From a virus, in IMG/VR virus record IMGVR_UViG_3300034101_005796, positions 2,893 to 66,892 of that record: DNA of 64,000 nt; one strand, written 5' to 3'. The notes under the pieces are model-generated. The model was not told where the DNA came from. It did no database searches and worked only from the letters and a program-made list of their open reading frames with translations. The position numbers and the translations under genes were made by a program. This document shows positions 20,311 to 29,891 of this stretch, piece after piece; position 1 is the stretch's first letter, and the number at the start of each line of letters is the position of its first letter.

Positions 20311-23300
20311 TCAACTTGCGGAAGGAAACATCGGGATAATGACCCGCTTATTTTGTTGCGCCTTCTGGTAGCCCGAGTAGATGCCGCGGCGCTTGACCAG
20401 AGTTTTCACTTGGCCGATCCGGCGCCCCACCAAAATACCTCCGGCACCCGTGGCCAGCGCACCCAAGACTCCCGCGCCGATCAGCACTTTACGCTGACCA
20501 TCCTTGGTTTCATGCCAATCGGCTTGACGGCGGTAACGCGGACGCGCCCCCGGCGCAAACACGCGAGCACTCCGGCCGCGCGGATCTCGCACATCCCAGC
20601 CCACCATCGCCGCATCGTAGTCCAGGCTGATTCGCTTTAGGCGAGCACTCAGCCCGACACTGCGGTTGACCTGCTTCATTAACGACAAGCGGGACCGGTT
20701 GATCTTTTCGCCCACATCGTCCACCGTGCGCGTGTAAGACTTGGCCCAGCGCGGCGCGCGGGGGTTGATCTTGCCGCTCCGGTAGATCAAGCCATGCGCC
20801 AACAACCCGGCGCCCATGCCTCCGACCGCCACGGCATTACGGAACCAGCCTTTCTCCCACTCGCGCTTCTTCGTCTTTTGCCCGGATGCCACTTCCCCCA
20901 AATCTTGCGCCAAGCCACCCGCACGGCGCGCATAACGCCAGCCGGTTGTTGCCTCGCGCTGCGCCGCGCCGATAAAGGCCGGTAAGGTGACATCTACCGC
21001 TTTTTTGTCGCGTCCGACCAACTCCTCGCCACGGGTGTAATCCCAGAATCCCGACGCGCGCCCCGTTTTCTTGTTGCGGGCATAAATATCCAATTCCGTG
21101 ACTGAAGCCGCACTGGCAAATCCGTAACGCTTCCGCAGCATGGCCAAAGTGGCGCGCGCCGCCTTGCGTTCACCGCGCGACCACTTCTTTGTGTCGGACC
21201 CGATCCTCTGCAAGCGTTTGCCACGCTCCAAGATCGGTTTCATCTTAGGATCACGCTTCTGGCCGATCGGCTTGAGTGCCATGTTGCGATCCGCGCGCAG
21301 TTTCATGGCCTCCGTCGCGCGAGGGCCGGGCGGAGGCACGATGACCTTCGGATTCCGCACCCCGTAACGGCTGCGCGTGTAATCCATCGGCAGCACGTTC
21401 ACTCCACCGCCCTGCCTGCTCAGAACTTTGGCCGAAGGCTTGCCGGTATTGTCGATGGTCCGCACACCCCAAGATGTGCCGGTCGAATACGCTTCTTTGA
21501 TTTTACGGGGCGCATCGCCACGGGTCGCGGAAGGAGCGGGTAACGCCAGCACGCGATTCGTGCGGCGGCTGCCTGCATACACATCGGCCGGGCGCATGCC
21601 GGTGCGATTCAGTATTTCCCCATACTTGCGATCCGCTTCACGAAACGAACGATGCGCCATGTATCCGGCCGCTGCCGCCGGAACCACCACCGCACCCGTT
21701 ACCAACAAAGTGTTGCGCACTTGCCGCTGTTCCGGCGTCAGACCCTGCGCCATCGTCTGAAACTCATGCCTGGCCTCGAAAGGCAGCACCCGCAACAAAG
21801 TCTTCACCCTCTGCCGGATTGACCCCCGCGCGTTCTCCTTTTTCAAAATCTCTTTGATCGCCGGAGTTTGCCGCAGGCTCCGGATCTCGGCGGTAGACCC
21901 AACGCGGCTTCGGTTTTGCGCCAAATGCTGACGAAGCCAAGGCTCAAAGCCCGCTCTGCCATGCTTATAGTCTCCCCAACTCATCGCACGCGCTTTCATA
22001 TTCATTTGAATGAGCCTTTGCTCCGCCTCACAATTCCAGCGCTTCAAAGCCGCACCTTTCGGCGTCAGCTTGCCGTCTTTGCTGGTCGGTCCCTGCATTC
22101 CTCCCATGCGGGCGCAGAAAGAAGCACGGCGCTTCGCTGCCTTGCTGCCCGGCTTCAGTTTGCTCGGCTCGGTCGTGACGGGACGCTTCAGCTTACTCCC
22201 ATGCTCCCGGTTGTATTGCTGGCGGAAGCGATCATTCAGCCCACCCGTCCGCGCATGACGCTTCTTGTTGTAGCCGGAAAACGGCTTTTCAGAAAATTCC
22301 GTGCGAGGACGCCCGACCCATAGCTGCCCAAACTCAGGCGCAACAACAACAATATTACCGTTTTTTTTCAGCTTATTTGCAATCCGTTGCTTTGCTACGT
22401 CATGCAAATTCTTACGCGCGCGAACGGAAAGCTCCACCAACTCCGAGGCCGACGACATCGCCCACTCCGGACGCGGGCGGGTCGGGTAATAGCTTTTCCC
22501 CTGCAAACCAGCTCGAAACGCCGCTTTCGTCTCCCGCAACGTGTTGACCGGATGCAAGAGATTGTAGAGCCCGCCCTTGGCCTCGCGATAAATTCTGCCC
22601 ACATCCGCATACATGCGGGTGGACTCGCGCACCGATTTCTGTGTTTCCCCGGCTTTGGTGGCGACCCCACCAACCTGACGCGCCGTGCTCTTGATCGTTT
22701 TCTCGACTCGTAAAGCCTGCCTACGCACATCACGATCGGCTTTGCGGATTACGCGCACCGCCGCTTTTCCGCCCCGCAATCCGATCATTGTGCCCGCGAC
22801 GGCTCCGGCCGCTGCCGTGCCGGTCAAAATAGCTGTCGTGGCCAGATTGCGCTTCTTTTCTTGCTCAAACATAATGGCCGAAAGTTCCTTTTTCTTGCGG
22901 AACGCCGCACGAAAACCACCGCTGCCCAACATGCCGTCATCAATCACCGTGCCGATCCGGTCAATCTTGGCCGGAATATCGCGGCTCGTCTGCGAGACTT
23001 GGGAAGACGCTTTGCGGATGCTCCGCAACGTGGCCTTAGCAGACCGCGCAACAGCGGGCGCCTCTTTCTCGATCGCCGTAGCCACCTGCGGAATCTTACG
23101 GCGGGCGATTTTGTAGAGATTGTGCGTGCGCAATCCCGCGTAGCCCGCCAATCCCAACACGCCCAAACTCGCCGCCAACTGCGCCGCATCGCGCACCTTG
23201 CTCAACGTGTCGCGCTTTTGCTTAATGATCACATTTTCTGAAAACTCCACCGCCGACAACCCGTGCATCCGCTTCAAGTCCTTGCGGATATTGCGGATAC

Positions 23301-25071
23301 TATCCACTTGCTGCCCTTCGTCCGCTCCGGTCCCGGCTCCATAAGCACCACCAGCGACACCACCGATCGCTGCCGCGCGCGCCGGACCCACCTGACGAAT
23401 CCACATGGCCGGTCGCCATTCTTTGCTCATACCCCTAATGGCCTGCTTTACTACGGGCACTCGCCGCGCTGCCAGCCCACCGGCAACGCCCAAAGTCCCG
23501 CCGACAATCGCTCCGCCCACCGCCGCCCGTTTGGTAAACGCCGCGCCCTCCTTGTTATCCGGATCTCCCAAAATCGAACTCCCCAGCAACGAGCCGCCGC
23601 CGACAATCGCGCCACCCGCCGCTGCTCCGCCCGCCGCCGTGCGCGCCGCCGTCCGCAGACGAACCCCGCGCCGGAGCAAAGGCAAAATTCCCAATGCCGC
23701 ACCAGATGCCGCACCCGACAGCCCCGCCATCACGTAAGGGTTCATCTGCCGCTTCTTCTCGGCAAACTCGATGGACGAAAATGAAGCGACCAGCTTGTCG
23801 TCCCCCGCACGGCGCACGTTCAGTTTGCCATCTTCCTCATGAATAAGCAGGCGATCTCCTTCGGTTTTATACTTTTTGCTGTAAGTTTTGTGGACTCCAT
23901 CAGTCCAGCCCCAATTCACATAAGAGTTGTGACCTTGTTTTTTTAGCCACTTTGCCGCCGCTTTTTGACGCGGATCGTCGGGCATACGCGCAGTAGCTTT
24001 TTTCCATTGGGCAGCCGACATCTTTTTCTCGGCCAACTCCGTCACCTTCCGCGCATCCGACATCTTCAAAAACTTCTTCCGTAAAATCCGGTAAGCGCCA
24101 TAACCCGCCGCTCCCGCGCCGATCACGGCCGGAGCCGCTTCCGACCTTGCCGCCCATGGTTGCCGCGCTCCATAAACATCGCGCCCCGTCTTTTGCGTCA
24201 CCGCTCGGACGCCGATCACACTGCCCGCACCGGCCAAGGCTCCCACGGCCAAGCGCGCTTTCAGAGGCAAGCGTCCGCGCCCCAGCACTGCACCCGCCGC
24301 CGTGCCAGCAATGCCAGCCCGCAAAATGTTGGAATCCCGCTTGGCAATATCCTTCTGCCGATTCTCGATCACATAGCGGTCATGGGCTATCTGTCCGGTC
24401 AGGGGAATCCCCGCCTCACGGCCAATGGGATCCATCCTCCTTTGCTTGGCCAAATTCTCGCGGCGACTCATCGCCACCACCCCCCTGTCAATTCGGCTGA
24501 ACTGCTTCTTCTGAATGTCGCCCAAGGGAACCGGCTTCCAGCGCCAGTCCCTTGAGGTTGCCATAAAGGTGTCTTGCGGCGGCTTGCCTTTGAGTAACCC
24601 GCGCGCTTCTTTTGCCGCAATCCCGCCACGAAGCGGGGCAGTTGTTGTTGTTGCTCCAATAGCGTTACTGACAGCTCGATCTCGCCTTTTCAAAGCGCCC
24701 CGCGCCACCGCGACAATCCGCGCCTGCTCGCGCGGACGGTGAGTAGCATAATTGGCAGCTATCTTTGGATTTGATGCAACCCAAGTCAGGGACTTGCTTC
24801 CAATAGCTTCACGCACTTCTTTTTCACTTTCTGGATAAACCGCTGGCGCGCGATCTCCCTGCCCCCACTTCGACCTAAACCTTCCCCGCGCGAGGTTTTC
24901 CACTTCTTTTTTGTTGGTCCCACGAAACAACAACGGCAGCTTAGATTCCCTCCGATCCCCCGGAAGATAGCCGTCTAACTGCTTGCTCAACTTCCCACCC
25001 CGCGTCTGCTTCTTCAGCTTCCCGTAGTAATGGCGCCAGACCGATTTTGCTAATGGAGTTAGTTCGCTCAT
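20311..25071 (-). CDS. Giant basic modular protein (~1586 aa), putative polyprotein with ART-like, glycine-zipper and DUF6321-like modules
   Basis: Long ORF; start at 25071 overlaps the upstream stop (ATGA); ~12 modules separated by recurring linkers; LFRGT...WVASNPKIAANYA; SFCARMGGM...ALKRWNC. Confidence 0.85.
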   Translation of the reverse strand: MSELTPLAKSVWRHYYGKLKKQTRGGKLSKQLDGYLPGDRRESKLPLLFRGTNKKEVENLARGRFRSKWGQGDRAPAVYPESEKEVREAIGSKSLTWVASNPKIAANYATHRPREQARIVAVARGALKRRDRAVSNAIGATTTTAPLRGGIAAKEARGLLKGKPPQDTFMATSRDWRWKPVPLGDIQKKQFSRIDRGVVAMSRRENLAKQRRMDPIGREAGIPLTGQIAHDRYVIENRQKDIAKRDSNILRAGIAGTAAGAVLGRGRLPLKARLAVGALAGAGSVIGVRAVTQKTGRDVYGARQPWAARSEAAPAVIGAGAAGYGAYRILRKKFLKMSDARKVTELAEKKMSAAQWKKATARMPDDPRQKAAAKWLKKQGHNSYVNWGWTDGVHKTYSKKYKTEGDRLLIHEEDGKLNVRRAGDDKLVASFSSIEFAEKKRQMNPYVMAGLSGAASGAALGILPLLRRGVRLRTAARTAAGGAAAGGAIVGGGSLLGSSILGDPDNKEGAAFTKRAAVGGAIVGGTLGVAGGLAARRVPVVKQAIRGMSKEWRPAMWIRQVGPARAAAIGGVAGGAYGAGTGADEGQQVDSIRNIRKDLKRMHGLSAVEFSENVIIKQKRDTLSKVRDAAQLAASLGVLGLAGYAGLRTHNLYKIARRKIPQVATAIEKEAPAVARSAKATLRSIRKASSQVSQTSRDIPAKIDRIGTVIDDGMLGSGGFRAAFRKKKELSAIMFEQEKKRNLATTAILTGTAAAGAVAGTMIGLRGGKAAVRVIRKADRDVRRQALRVEKTIKSTARQVGGVATKAGETQKSVRESTRMYADVGRIYREAKGGLYNLLHPVNTLRETKAAFRAGLQGKSYYPTRPRPEWAMSSASELVELSVRARKNLHDVAKQRIANKLKKNGNIVVVAPEFGQLWVGRPRTEFSEKPFSGYNKKRHARTGGLNDRFRQQYNREHGSKLKRPVTTEPSKLKPGSKAAKRRASFCARMGGMQGPTSKDGKLTPKGAALKRWNCEAEQRLIQMNMKARAMSWGDYKHGRAGFEPWLRQHLAQNRSRVGSTAEIRSLRQTPAIKEILKKENARGSIRQRVKTLLRVLPFEARHEFQTMAQGLTPEQRQVRNTLLVTGAVVVPAAAAGYMAHRSFREADRKYGEILNRTGMRPADVYAGSRRTNRVLALPAPSATRGDAPRKIKEAYSTGTSWGVRTIDNTGKPSAKVLSRQGGGVNVLPMDYTRSRYGVRNPKVIVPPPGPRATEAMKLRADRNMALKPIGQKRDPKMKPILERGKRLQRIGSDTKKWSRGERKAARATLAMLRKRYGFASAASVTELDIYARNKKTGRASGFWDYTRGEELVGRDKKAVDVTLPAFIGAAQREATTGWRYARRAGGLAQDLGEVASGQKTKKREWEKGWFRNAVAVGGMGAGLLAHGLIYRSGKINPRAPRWAKSYTRTVDDVGEKINRSRLSLMKQVNRSVGLSARLKRISLDYDAAMVGWDVRDPRGRSARVFAPGARPRYRRQADWHETKDGQRKVLIGAGVLGALATGAGGILVGRRIGQVKTLVKRRGIYSGYQKAQQNKRVIIPMFPSAS

Positions 25072-25199
25072 GCCGCTTGCCCCCATCGGTGAATAAACAT
25101 CTGCATCGCATTACGAAGCTGCTGCAAATCCCGCCGCGCAATGGCCAGATCCATCGTCAGCCGATCAGCGCGGTCCACGAGGGACCGCAACTCATTCAT
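25068..25199 (-). CDS. Small hypothetical coiled-coil protein
   Basis: MNELRSLVDR... fills the gap between portal and giant ORF with overlapping start/stop codons. Confidence 0.45.
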   Translation of the reverse strand: MNELRSLVDRADRLTMDLAIARRDLQQLRNAMQMFIHRWGQAA

Positions 25200-26952
25200 C
25201 GCTGCCGTTTGCTCGGACGTTTCCGCTGTTTGGATTTCCGCCTCCATTGCTTTGCTCCACTTGCGGGCGCTTCTCTGGCACCAGCGACTCCGCCTTGGCC
25301 CGTGGCACGCCATAGACATAGACAAGGCTCTGGATCGCGCTTTCCCGCTCCAACCGGCCCTCGGCATGGGCCGTGAGCACATCAATCAACTGCGCGGCGG
25401 TCTTTTCCCCGACCTTGCCAACCAAGCCCTTGACCGGAGGCGGAGGCATTTCCGGAGGCATATTGATCGCCGCCAACATTTGCGTAGCGTTGGCCATGCT
25501 CGGCACGATTAGCTCGATCGGCACGACCGATTCCGCCGCGACTTCCTGCAACTGCTTGACCTCGCGGGCCAGCGTCCGCGCCACTTCCATGTTGCTCGAT
25601 CCGTCGATCTCCTCGATCACCTTGCCGCGCGGAATAATGCCGTTCTGCAGCAAAAGCATCTGCTCCTGCACATAGTTGCCGGTGTCGCCCGTCAGCCGCG
25701 CGCCGAAATTCCATGCTCCCGCCTGCCAGAGCGGATGCGGCGTGATCTTGCCCATGGCAATGGCCCGCTCCAGCACCAGATCCCGCACTTTGTTCAACAC
25801 CTTGTCCACGAGCAAATGCTGGTATTGCTGGATCGTCCGCCATGCCTGCATCACCTCGATTCTGGCCGTTACCCCGCCCAAAAGCGCCATATTGTAGCAA
25901 AACCCAAAGGGCAAATTCAGCCCCAAGGCCATCTCGCGGATCAGGATTTCCACAAACTGAATCAGGTTTCCGGAGGGGCGCCCCGTGCTGCCGGGGAAGG
26001 TGATTTCTTCGCCCTCTTGCAACCTTTTGACCATTCCCGCCTGCACCTCGAAAGCATTCGGCCCGCTCGTTGAGCCGGTCTTGGTCATCCAATCCAACCC
26101 GCTGCCGGTCGGGGCGCTATCCTTGCGCCGGATGAAGCCCGCAAACGCGGCCGCAAATTTCATGGCCATTTTTTCAAAGCCGAACAACTCATGAACGTCC
26201 CGAGCGTGCGGCAAGAGTGGCGACAGCCAGCTATCCCCGTGGTATTGATCCGCCCGCGTCGGACGGAACAGATGCAAAAACATCTCCGGCGGCACCACCC
26301 CCGCACCCAGCCCGAAATCGAACGTCTCCTTCGTGTATTGCGCCATGCGCGAACGCTTGTAAATCTCGTAGCCCGCCACGCGGCCCAGATCGTCCAAGAG
26401 GATGCCGTTCACGTTGCGCTCCTCGGCCTTCACCTGATCCGGCCCGCCAATCCGGTCAGCCTCGATTGGTTGCAAGCGGATCTCGTCCCCATCGGGAATC
26501 ACGATCCACCCGTATTCACCATCCCGCGCCGTGGCCCGAAAGCCCAACTGCACCAGCTCGGCCAGACGAAAGCGGCCCGTCAAATCCGCCCGTCCGCACC
26601 AATCATGGAAATAGTCCTGGTATTCTTGGTCGATGTCCGAATCCCCCGTGCGACTCTGATACGTGATCGCGCCGCACGTGTATTGCGTCAGCTTTTCCAG
26701 CACCCCACGGATGAAGCAAAACTTCTCCTCCATGTCCCGCGCTTCCCAGATCCGATTGATCCGCTGACGTTGCTTGCGCTGCGTTTCCGGCGATCCCTGC
26801 CGCGTCTTGCCGCCCGAATAACCGCGCTGCTCCTTGTTCCAATCCCCCCGCTCGAACTCCTGCAACCAGTGTTTCGACACCATCCGCCGCAAGCCCGCCT
26901 CCGGCGAGACAGCGGCAATCGCCTTGTCCAGAAATGTGATTTTGGGATCCAT
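25192..26952 (-). CDS. Portal protein (lambda family)
   Basis: LDKAIAAVSP N-terminus; DGE, LQPIEADRI, NGI..D..GR..GY and R.DQ..G.SWL motifs. Confidence 0.92.
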   Translation of the reverse strand: MDPKITFLDKAIAAVSPEAGLRRMVSKHWLQEFERGDWNKEQRGYSGGKTRQGSPETQRKQRQRINRIWEARDMEEKFCFIRGVLEKLTQYTCGAITYQSRTGDSDIDQEYQDYFHDWCGRADLTGRFRLAELVQLGFRATARDGEYGWIVIPDGDEIRLQPIEADRIGGPDQVKAEERNVNGILLDDLGRVAGYEIYKRSRMAQYTKETFDFGLGAGVVPPEMFLHLFRPTRADQYHGDSWLSPLLPHARDVHELFGFEKMAMKFAAAFAGFIRRKDSAPTGSGLDWMTKTGSTSGPNAFEVQAGMVKRLQEGEEITFPGSTGRPSGNLIQFVEILIREMALGLNLPFGFCYNMALLGGVTARIEVMQAWRTIQQYQHLLVDKVLNKVRDLVLERAIAMGKITPHPLWQAGAWNFGARLTGDTGNYVQEQMLLLQNGIIPRGKVIEEIDGSSNMEVARTLAREVKQLQEVAAESVVPIELIVPSMANATQMLAAINMPPEMPPPPVKGLVGKVGEKTAAQLIDVLTAHAEGRLERESAIQSLVYVYGVPRAKAESLVPEKRPQVEQSNGGGNPNSGNVRANGSDE

Positions 26953-27197
26953 CAGAACTCAATCCTCGAAAAGTCCGCCACCGCCGTGTAATCCGCCGCG
27001 CTCGCATTCCGCGTCCGCAGCACCCGGTTCGCCGCCTGCAGCCGGTCCCGCACCTCCCGCAAGTCCTTGGTGTAGCTCTTGCTCCCGATCTGCTGGGAGG
27101 AAAGCGGGGTCGCCAGCTTCTTCAAAGCATCAATCTCGGCAGCCAACTCCCCCCCACTGTAGGTCGCATAGATTTCCACCCAATCGCTCGCCGCCAT
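26952..27197 (-). CDS. gpW-like head completion protein
   Basis: 81 aa immediately before portal, with S.QIGSKSYT hairpin motif. Confidence 0.7.
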   Translation of the reverse strand: MAASDWVEIYATYSGGELAAEIDALKKLATPLSSQQIGSKSYTKDLREVRDRLQAANRVLRTRNASAADYTAVADFSRIEF

Positions 27198-27213
27198 GTT
27201 CCCTCCGCGCCTG

Positions 27214-27417
27214 TCAATTTACTGTCACTAACCAATACCCTTTTTCCCAACACCCACAGTGGGAGGCACGATGGCTTGGCTGCGCGGTCACGTTGCCATG
27301 ATACAGTTTGCTCTTACACGACGGGCATCTTGCCACATAAATCCGAACCGGGCCTTGCACCCGACATTTGACGTTATGCGAGTATTCGCATTCCAAGGTT
27401 GGTATTTCGCTTTGCAT
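27214..27417 (-). CDS. Small Cys/His-rich hypothetical protein
   Basis: MQSEIPTLEC... with CPSC and HCGC motifs. Confidence 0.45.
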   Translation of the reverse strand: MQSEIPTLECEYSHNVKCRVQGPVRIYVARCPSCKSKLYHGNVTAQPSHRASHCGCWEKGYWLVTVN

Positions 27418-27418
27418 C

Positions 27419-27607
27419 TTAATTATTCTGGGAGATACCGCGTTGCCCCAACGCCTCCAGAGTAGTCGCAGTAGTCGCAAGCATGATTGAAAGTGCCCCC
27501 TCCGCTCTTTTTACGGCCTCGGCAAGTTTGGGGTCTTGATCAGTCATGACGCGCAAATCGTCGAACGCGCCGATGACATCCCGAATCTCTTTTTCATACG
27601 GTTTCAT
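27419..27607 (-). CDS. Small hypothetical protein
   Basis: MKPYEKEIRD...; ATGA-coupled to the upstream gene. Confidence 0.5.
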   Translation of the reverse strand: MKPYEKEIRDVIGAFDDLRVMTDQDPKLAEAVKRAEGALSIMLATTATTLEALGQRGISQNN

Positions 27608-28272
27608 AAAATTCGCCTCACCCGCTCCTGACACCACTCCGATTTCCCGTGAAACCCGAAGCTCTGCTCATGCCTCCACTCGGGAAACTCCGGCACCTCG
27701 TTCTCGTAGCTGAACCGGATCGCTGTTCCGATGTCCGCCACCCTGATTCCTTCCCGATCCAGCACCTCGCGCAAACGCGAATTGCGGGTGAACCACACAT
27801 CGCTCGGCTCCCCGTTGTAGAAATTCCGGTTCTCCCACAAGAGACGGCGGAACCTCCGGCTCTGCAACGAACACCCGCCGTTGCCCACCCGATCCCCGCC
27901 TTCCGGCACCAACCTCGGAGGCCACGGCGCTCCGATATAGTCGTAATCCAGAAAGCCCGGCTCCCACCGCTCGATATGGACAGGAAACCCGTCTGTCTCG
28001 ATATGCAGCACATGAGGCGTCTCGAAATAACGGTGCAGCTCATACGCTTGGAACCGCTGCCCCTCCTGCCAATCGCACTTCGGCACAAAAACCTGACGCC
28101 CCGCCACCGGCACGCTCGGAGCCTCGCTCGATAAATGCACCACATCCCCAAACCGAATCCGTTCCGTCACCCAATTCACGATCCGCGCCGACAAATTCGG
28201 ATCATGCGCCGGATTGAAGATCAACAGCGTCACCGTGGGCAGTTTCAGATCAGGGACGGACATAGACCTCAT
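27604..28272 (-). CDS. Glycosyltransferase-like protein (DUF5672-like)
   Basis: ETDGF, FLDYDYIGAPW, VGNGGCSL.S, DVWF and FGFHG motifs. Confidence 0.8.
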   Translation of the reverse strand: MRSMSVPDLKLPTVTLLIFNPAHDPNLSARIVNWVTERIRFGDVVHLSSEAPSVPVAGRQVFVPKCDWQEGQRFQAYELHRYFETPHVLHIETDGFPVHIERWEPGFLDYDYIGAPWPPRLVPEGGDRVGNGGCSLQSRRFRRLLWENRNFYNGEPSDVWFTRNSRLREVLDREGIRVADIGTAIRFSYENEVPEFPEWRHEQSFGFHGKSEWCQERVRRIL

Positions 28273-28819
28273 CTTGTCCGTCTGTCTCCACCATGCGGTA
28301 GCCCTGCCAACCCATCCACTGCCGGATCTCCTCCGCATACGGATTGCGGTAATGCTGCCACCCCATCTCCACACAAATCAGCCACGGACGGCTCGCCAGC
28401 CCCTTGATCACGTGCCACTCGGAACCCTCTGTGTCGATGGCCAGCAACTCGATGTCACCCCGATCATAGAAATCCACGGTGCGACAAATCACCGTGACCC
28501 TATTGCTCGGCTCATTGCCCACGCTCGCGCGCGGACTTGCCACTCCGTCCAGATACGAGCTGCATCCGTCATCCCGCAGCAAGCGCGCACCGCGCTGATC
28601 GCTCAAGGCCACCTCATGCACCGTTACTTTGCCGCCGGTCCCGAAAAACTGCCGCAACTCCTCGGCATAATACGGATGCGGCTCGAAAAGCTCCACCCGC
28701 TCCGCGTCACCGATCAAGGGCGCCACATGCACCTGATTCGGATGGTTCGCCCCGACCTCCCACACCACGCGCGGCATAGGCAAACCCTGTTCCCGCAACA
28801 CTCGCGCCAGTTCGATCAT
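28250..28819 (-). CDS. FkbM family SAM-dependent methyltransferase
   Basis: EVGAN, FEPHP, VALSD, LLAIDTEGSE and ICVE motifs. Confidence 0.88.
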   Translation of the reverse strand: MIELARVLREQGLPMPRVVWEVGANHPNQVHVAPLIGDAERVELFEPHPYYAEELRQFFGTGGKVTVHEVALSDQRGARLLRDDGCSSYLDGVASPRASVGNEPSNRVTVICRTVDFYDRGDIELLAIDTEGSEWHVIKGLASRPWLICVEMGWQHYRNPYAEEIRQWMGWQGYRMVETDGQDEVYVRP

Positions 28820-29097
28820 ACCCTCCGAAAATCACAGCCCCGTGCCGCCGCCATATTGGCCATAGCATACTCGTAAGCCTCCCGCGTTCCCCACACCGCC
28901 GCCCACAGCACCAGACACGGCGCCACCAGATAGCCCCCATCTCTGACCCGCAACTCCCGCAACGGCTCCAATTCCAGCCTGTGCGTCATCGGCACCTTCC
29001 AACCGGTGCGTCTCGCGGGTGTTCTTGCGGGAGTTGCGGGTGTCTTTTTCACCGATTTCCACCCGAACCGCTTGGGTCTTTTCGCTAAAAATTTCAT
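28816..29097 (-). CDS. Hypothetical protein
   Basis: ATGA-coupled ORF in operon. Confidence 0.5.
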   Translation of the reverse strand: MKFLAKRPKRFGWKSVKKTPATPARTPARRTGWKVPMTHRLELEPLRELRVRDGGYLVAPCLVLWAAVWGTREAYEYAMANMAAARGCDFRRV

Positions 29098-29267
29098 GGT
29101 TGCTTCATCTGTCCCTTTGTCATCTTCGTCAGACACCAGCCCGTCTCGACGCGGTAGATCCGCAAATGCCGGAACCGCTTGCCCCGGTGCCGCCGCACAA
29201 ACCCGCGCGCGTGAATGGCCTGTGCCAACGTCGGATACACCGCTTTCTCATGGTTCGCTTGGCTCAT
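29094..29267 (-). CDS. Small basic hypothetical protein
   Basis: Y.T.A.A...LRIYRV..GWCLTK pattern common in small phage proteins. Confidence 0.45.
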   Translation of the reverse strand: MSQANHEKAVYPTLAQAIHARGFVRRHRGKRFRHLRIYRVETGWCLTKMTKGQMKQP

Positions 29268-29547
29268 AGGCAACACAGATCCCGCTTCCGTCACGGACAC
29301 CCACCTTCTGCACAAGCCCCATGGCTTTGAGTTCCGAAAACCGCCCTGACACCTGATTCATCATGCAACCCCACGCTTTCGACAATTCACGGCACGTGAG
29401 GCCGTTCGATCCGGACGCTCGAATGCTTTCCAAGACCCGCGCGCGTTGCTGTGCTCTTTGCGGCACGCACCTTTTCAAAGCCGCCAAACTCTCGGGGTTG
29501 CCCCTGTGCCGTCCGGCACAAATGTCAAAGAGTGGCCCGTAGTTCAT
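29248..29547 (-). CDS. Winged-HTH DNA-binding protein
   Basis: GLTCRELSKAWGCMMNQVSGRFSELKAMGLV; start ATG 29547. Confidence 0.75.
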   Translation of the reverse strand: MNYGPLFDICAGRHRGNPESLAALKRCVPQRAQQRARVLESIRASGSNGLTCRELSKAWGCMMNQVSGRFSELKAMGLVQKVGVRDGSGICVAYEPSEP

Positions 29548-29891
29548 TGTGAATCTTGCGCCTCCACCGCCGCCTTGGCCTTGGCGATCATCTCGATCGG
29601 CGCCAACCCCTTCTCCATGTCGCACCACTCGCTCGGCTTCATCAGCCCGCTGGCCAGCGCGATCTTGCGCGCCGGGATATGTTTCGCCTTCCGCAGACGC
29701 TCCACCTCGCGTCCCGCCAAGACCCGATCGGCCTCCTCGCCAAACAGGCTTCCTTTCGTCGCACAACGCTTGCAGTCCTCCTCGGGGCGCACATAAACCC
29801 CGCTCTCGTCATTCTCTCCGTCCCAGAATCCCCATGAGGCGTGAATCACGCCCATCCCATCGCACTCCGGACACGTGGCCTGCTTGCTCAT
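29544..29891 (-). CDS. Zn-finger plus Cro/HTH protein
   Basis: CPECDG and CKRC pair followed by RLRKAKHIPARKIA...WCDMEKG HTH. Confidence 0.7.
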   Translation of the reverse strand: MSKQATCPECDGMGVIHASWGFWDGENDESGVYVRPEEDCKRCATKGSLFGEEADRVLAGREVERLRKAKHIPARKIALASGLMKPSEWCDMEKGLAPIEMIAKAKAAVEAQDSQ

